DNA of 64,000 nucleotides from a virus: IMG/VR virus record IMGVR_UViG_3300036832_001295, positions 21,709 to 85,708 of that record; one strand, 5' to 3'. Shown piece by piece: positions 59,717 to 64,000 of this stretch (position 1 is its first letter; each line of letters starts with the position of its first letter). The notes under the pieces were generated by a model. It saw only the letters and a program-made list of their open reading frames with translations, ran no database searches and was not told where the DNA came from. The position numbers and the translations under genes were made by a program.

Positions 59717-60671
59717 CAGTCGTCCTCGGTGATGCCGTGCGTGGTCCGCGGCGGCGGGGCCGCAGCCGACTTGCGCGGCTTAGTGAGCCGGGTGACGGCT
59801 TCCAGGCGCACCGTGTTGGTGTCCAGCTTGCCCTTCTCGGACAGGTACTGCTCGGCCTCGGTGTAGTTCAACGAGGACCATTCCATGAACCCGGGCCGGG
59901 GTCGGGTGTTGTCCGACAGGCGCATGAACTTACGCACCCCGCAGCCGCCCTGGCAACCAAGCTCGACCCAGATGAAGCGGGCCTTCGTGTAGTGCCTGGA
60001 CACCAGCGGCTCGGTGAAGCGGTGCTTGGCGAACCGGCAGGTGATCTGGTCGTCGGACATGTGCCGTAGCTCGTCCAGCGTCTCCTCGCGGGAGGCCTGC
60101 CGGACCTTGCCGCGGTGCTCGCCGACCAGCCGGGCGACCTCTTCCGCGCCGCGGGCGATGGTCTCTTCGTACTTGCTGTTGCGTGCCATGTGACGGCGGT
60201 CCTTCCAGTAACAGGGAACGTAAGGTGACAGGCCGGGTCACTTCCTCATCGAGGCTTCCCCGGACCCGGCCCATCGGTCCGGTAGCCGCCTCAGGCCCCC
60301 TTGCGGACCTTGGTCTTGACCGGCTCAGGTTCCCTGTGCAGGTAGCGGCACCACACGTCATAGAGCGTGATCGGTTTGCCGTTCTTGCCCAGCGGGGCGT
60401 TCTCCTGGTCCTCGCTCTTGCGGGCGTGGGCGGTGAACTCGCCGTCGTCGTCGGGCTTGAAGTCCGCGGTCTTGCCGTTCTTGATGGCCCAGGCGACCTG
60501 CTGGGCTTTGGAGGCCGAGACCCGGGTAGCGATCATCGACCATTGGTCCGGGTGCCGAGAGGCAGTCTTGCGGACCAGTTCGGCTTCCTCCTCGTGGCCG
60601 CGCCAGACACCTGGCTTGCGGCCGGTGCCCCGCACGGTCCGAGGTAGCTCGCCTACTTTGTAGACAGGCAT
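59716..60671 (-). CDS. Two hypothetical genes (60291-60671, 59716-60189)
   Basis: Downstream of minus-strand promoter TTGCAC-18 nt-TAAGAT at 60719-60748. Confidence 0.65.
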
Positions 60672-60809
60672 GTTGTAGCTTCCTCTTTCCGTTGATTGCG
60701 TGCGTAACTGATCAGGTCATCTTACACACATATCACCGTCAGGTGCAACACCACCGGTTAGTGACAACCCACCCTCTGTCGAGGTGGTTCACAAGGAGTA
60801 GATGACAGG

Positions 60810-61363
60810 CTACTCCGAATCATCTGTGTTGACAGACACGACATGGCGCTGCGCAGTCGAAAGATGAAGCAGGTACTCCGGCTCGGAATCCTTGATCGCC
60901 GGGGCCGTCGTCACCGACAACGTTGCCACTTGGACATACTCACGAATCCCGTCATGCCAACGGTAGATGCCCACCTGCACGGTGCCATCGCCGGGACGCA
61001 GGAAAGACCCCCACGGCTCTTCCCGGAACGGTACCGCGGGTTCGTTGTTGACCATGCGATGCAACAGGAAATACTGCGTTGTCAACGCCCCGGCCACCAT
61101 CGAGAGGATCATCAACGCCACGATCGCGGCGGGCAGCAGCCATCCCCCGAACACGATGAGTCATTATCGCGGGCCGGTGCTGTGGCTCAGGCTGGCGGGA
61201 CGCGACGCCCACGCCGCGGGTAATAGGGCGAAAGCCACGGATCAATGAAAAAGTGCAGAGCCCAGGCAGCCAACCCCAAATACACCCAGAACAGGGCAGA
61301 ATCGCTATGCCCTTGCTTGATCGCTGCGACCAGCAACAACACCGCGGCAACAAGTGCGAACAT
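60810..61363 (-). CDS. Two small membrane proteins (61187-61363, 60810-61154)
   Basis: Hydrophobic N-terminal helices; 61187-61363 translated by hand (MFALVAAVLLLVAAIKQ...) with GGAGG RBS. Confidence 0.55.
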
Positions 61364-61393
61364 GACCCCTCCTCGGACGGGCTCCTACTTCTT

Positions 61394-64000
61394 CTACCCG
61401 CCCACCCCGCTGAAGGCAGTGCCCAGTCCCAGACCGCGTCCCGGCGGGTAGCCGGTGGCCGCGAAGAACAGCCGGTCGCGGATCTCTTCCGGGCTCATCC
61501 CCAGCCACTGCATCACGTTGCGGGCCCCATCCCAGTCACCGGAGGGCAACACCGCGGTCTGGCCGCGCTGGATGGCCTGCATCGCGAATGTCGGAGTGGG
61601 GGTGCGGACCGCTTGGGGATTGCCGACCGGCATGGTGCCAAGCATCAGCATCGGGGCCAACCAGATGGTGCTCGCGGCCTGCTTGCGGACCGGCGAGCGA
61701 CGCATGTAGGGCTTTCCGGCCACCCCCCGTTCCTCCGGGTCCACCTGGAAACCATGCCGCTCGTACCAAGGCCGCAGTTCATCATTGCCGGGCACGGTAG
61801 CCAAATGTAGGTCCTGCCGGTCGGCAGCGTCGGTCAGCCGTCGCAGCATCGCCGACCCATGGCCTTGCCCGCGCCGGTCCCAGGCTGTGATCAGGTTGGA
61901 CAGGAACACTTCGTCCGGACCGACCCGGTGTAACCGCACGCTGCCGTGCTCGTCGTGCAGCATGTCGGTGCTGCGCAGATCCGTCTCGTCGGGCTGCTCG
62001 GCAGCTGCTGCCTCTTTCAAGAAATGATGCGGATGAAGATCACTGGGCACATAGTCGGGGTCGTCCTCGTTGCCGAAGCTGGTCTGTAGGTGCATCGGCG
62101 CACCGATGCCCTTCTCCTTGCGCTTGGCCGGTCCGTAGTAGGAACGCACTACCCGCACCGGCACCGTGTGCAGGCCCTCCTCCTCGGCGGCGCGCAGCCG
62201 GTGGTTGCCTTCGCCTAGGTAGCCCCAATGCTCATCATGGTTGTACTCGATCATCAACGGGGTCTTGATACCGATGCCGTCCCGGATGTCTGCCCGGATC
62301 CGGCCGACCACCTCGTCGGAGCCCCGGTTCCAGTCCCCGGCGTGCTCGCGGTACTTCGCGACCTCTTTAGTCGGCATGAAGCCGACCACCGACCGGTCCT
62401 CATCGCCTTTTAGGTGACCCATCCCGCCGGAGCGGTACTGCTCCACGTTCGGGTGCTCATGACGGCCGATCTCCTCCAACGCCCCCTTGGGCGTCTGGTT
62501 CTCCGGGGGTTTGCCCTCCGGCCATTTGGCGGCGTGCACGGTGATCGGGGTCTCGAAGCTGTGGTGGTGGGTCAGCTGGTGGCTGCCGTGCTCACCCCAG
62601 GAGACAGAGTGGATCGGGACCGGCGCGTTGTGCTGCAAGGGCACCTCCCGGTCATCATGCAGGTCGTAGCCAAGCACCTTGGCCTCGTCCAGAGTGTGCG
62701 GGTCCTCCTCCACCCAGTCCCGGTGCGGCTTGCCCCCGGAGATCCGCACCGGGGTGCCCTGCTCACCGTGGAAGCCGGTCACGTAATGCTCGGCCTGGTC
62801 CCGGTCGGCGGTCCAGTGGATGCCGTGGTGGCCGGTCTGGAAGTGGGCGAGCAGCACGTGCGCCCGTTCGGCCTCCGACCGGCTCGGGTCGTGCACCACC
62901 TCATGCACCTTGGGCGGCAGGTGCGCGTTGATGCCGCGGTGCAGGTCACTGACGTGCGGCCAGACGTCGTCCCAGTCGGTGACGTGGCTGCCTTCGGTGT
63001 CGTGGTTCTCGGTGGCGTGCCAGCCGCCGCAGATCTCGCACTCCTGCTCCTCGTAGGAGGAAGCGGCGGTCTTCTGGCCCCGCATGTAGGGTTCATGGAT
63101 CTCATTCGAGTCGAACATGTGGTTCGGCAAACCCTCGTCCAAGTGCGTCCAGTCGTGTTCGGCCCCGCAGGTGCTGTGCCCATTACGGGCGATCCGGCAG
63201 TCCGCGCCGTTGCCCTCGTGCCAGCCCTTGTCCCCGGTGCCGGTGCCCTGGTCGTACTCATCGCCGGTCGGCTTGTGCCAGTGCCGGTCCACGTCCGGGG
63301 GCGGGGTCTGTTCCAACCGGTGCAGGAAATGCGGGATCTCGTACTCGGTGCGGTCCTTGCGGGTGTCCGGTACGGCCAGGTGCTCACCGTCGAAGCCGTA
63401 ACCGACCCGGGTGCCACGGAAGGCGATGATCCGGGCATGTTCCATGTCCGGCTGGTCGTACGCGTTCAGCCAGGTATGGCCGCGCAGGTAGCGGTGCAGG
63501 TCGTGCGGGTTATCGAAGGCGGAGTAGCCACGGGCGCGGAGGATCTCGCTGCGACCTAGTGGCACCGAGGACGCGTCGCTCGGGGAGAAACGGCGTTCAT
63601 TGCCGTGCAACCGGTAGAAGAGCCGGTCCGGTTGCACCGGCAACGGGCCTTCCGGGTCCGGTTCCTGACGCGCGGTCGCCCAGAGGGGTTGATTGGACCA
63701 GTCGGCCGGGCTCATCGCCTCCCCGGCCACGTCACGGTGCTTGGCGTCGACCAGCTGTCCCCAGATGCCCTGCTGGTCGAGCCACTTCTCCCGCAGATTG
63801 GCGAAATCCCACCAACCCTCACCGTGCGGGCTGAATGCCCTGGACCGGTCGGCATGCCAGCTGTCGAACAACGCCGCGGCCTGCTGGGTGCGTTGCGGCT
63901 CAGGCAAATCGAGCACGTCGCGGGCATAGGACTCGGCGGCCTGCAATGCCTTGACCACCGGCTTTGGGAAGCTGGCCAGCGACCAGTCCGGCAGGTGTGG
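61394..64000 (-). CDS. Partial multi-domain protein: ART-like modules, ParB/Srx-like domain, GNAT acetyltransferase
   Basis: Frame open to the window end; LHRGI..GIHWT..EVPL; PLMIEY..LGEGNHRLRAA..TVPVRV; RRGQGHGSAML..WYERHGF. Confidence 0.75.
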   Translation of the reverse strand, partial: PHLPDWSLASFPKPVVKALQAAESYARDVLDLPEPQRTQQAAALFDSWHADRSRAFSPHGEGWWDFANLREKWLDQQGIWGQLVDAKHRDVAGEAMSPADWSNQPLWATARQEPDPEGPLPVQPDRLFYRLHGNERRFSPSDASSVPLGRSEILRARGYSAFDNPHDLHRYLRGHTWLNAYDQPDMEHARIIAFRGTRVGYGFDGEHLAVPDTRKDRTEYEIPHFLHRLEQTPPPDVDRHWHKPTGDEYDQGTGTGDKGWHEGNGADCRIARNGHSTCGAEHDWTHLDEGLPNHMFDSNEIHEPYMRGQKTAASSYEEQECEICGGWHATENHDTEGSHVTDWDDVWPHVSDLHRGINAHLPPKVHEVVHDPSRSEAERAHVLLAHFQTGHHGIHWTADRDQAEHYVTGFHGEQGTPVRISGGKPHRDWVEEDPHTLDEAKVLGYDLHDDREVPLQHNAPVPIHSVSWGEHGSHQLTHHHSFETPITVHAAKWPEGKPPENQTPKGALEEIGRHEHPNVEQYRSGGMGHLKGDEDRSVVGFMPTKEVAKYREHAGDWNRGSDEVVGRIRADIRDGIGIKTPLMIEYNHDEHWGYLGEGNHRLRAAEEEGLHTVPVRVVRSYYGPAKRKEKGIGAPMHLQTSFGNEDDPDYVPSDLHPHHFLKEAAAAEQPDETDLRSTDMLHDEHGSVRLHRVGPDEVFLSNLITAWDRRGQGHGSAMLRRLTDAADRQDLHLATVPGNDELRPWYERHGFQVDPEERGVAGKPYMRRSPVRKQAASTIWLAPMLMLGTMPVGNPQAVRTPTPTFAMQAIQRGQTAVLPSGDWDGARNVMQWLGMSPEEIRDRLFFAATGYPPGRGLGLGTAFSGVGG

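Noticed and set aside
1-64000. tRNA/rRNA genes, integrase, transposase, DGR reverse transcriptase
   Set aside because: No recognisable motifs seen by eye; tRNAscan and HMM searches were not run.

Overview
High-GC (~70%) actinobacteriophage genome segment. Its architecture resembles large actinophage myoviruses of the mycobacteriophage cluster C/Rhodococcus E3 type (inference). The minus strand carries tail fibre/adhesin genes (1-9.2 kb), a lysis region with a GH19 lysin and a peptidase-type lysin, an intein-containing portal, large modular head-associated proteins (to 31.2 kb), and an early/accessory region of small genes (32-61 kb). About 12 units in the early region share a repeated promoter/operator/RBS cassette. 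The window ends in a partial multi-enzyme protein. The standout is a plus-strand island inside the lysis region (11.2-16.6 kb). It has a Cas7/RAMP-like gene, two paralogous accessory genes, a hairpin leader and a ~3.2 kb non-coding array of roughly 65 units, each about 7-13 GGY-NN pentamers closed by GGCA. Read by hand as codon positions 1-2 with the wobble base skipped, the NN dinucleotides spell protein-like strings. Several match conserved motifs of TIR, GHKL ATPase, SNF2 helicase, Vsr, PLD, metallophosphoesterase, JAB and ThiF proteins. This points to an RNA-guided, gapped-code targeting system apparently aimed at host defence genes. From memory it resembles reported phage 'VIPR'-type systems, which I could not verify here. 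All family calls are motif recognition by eye; no database searches were run.
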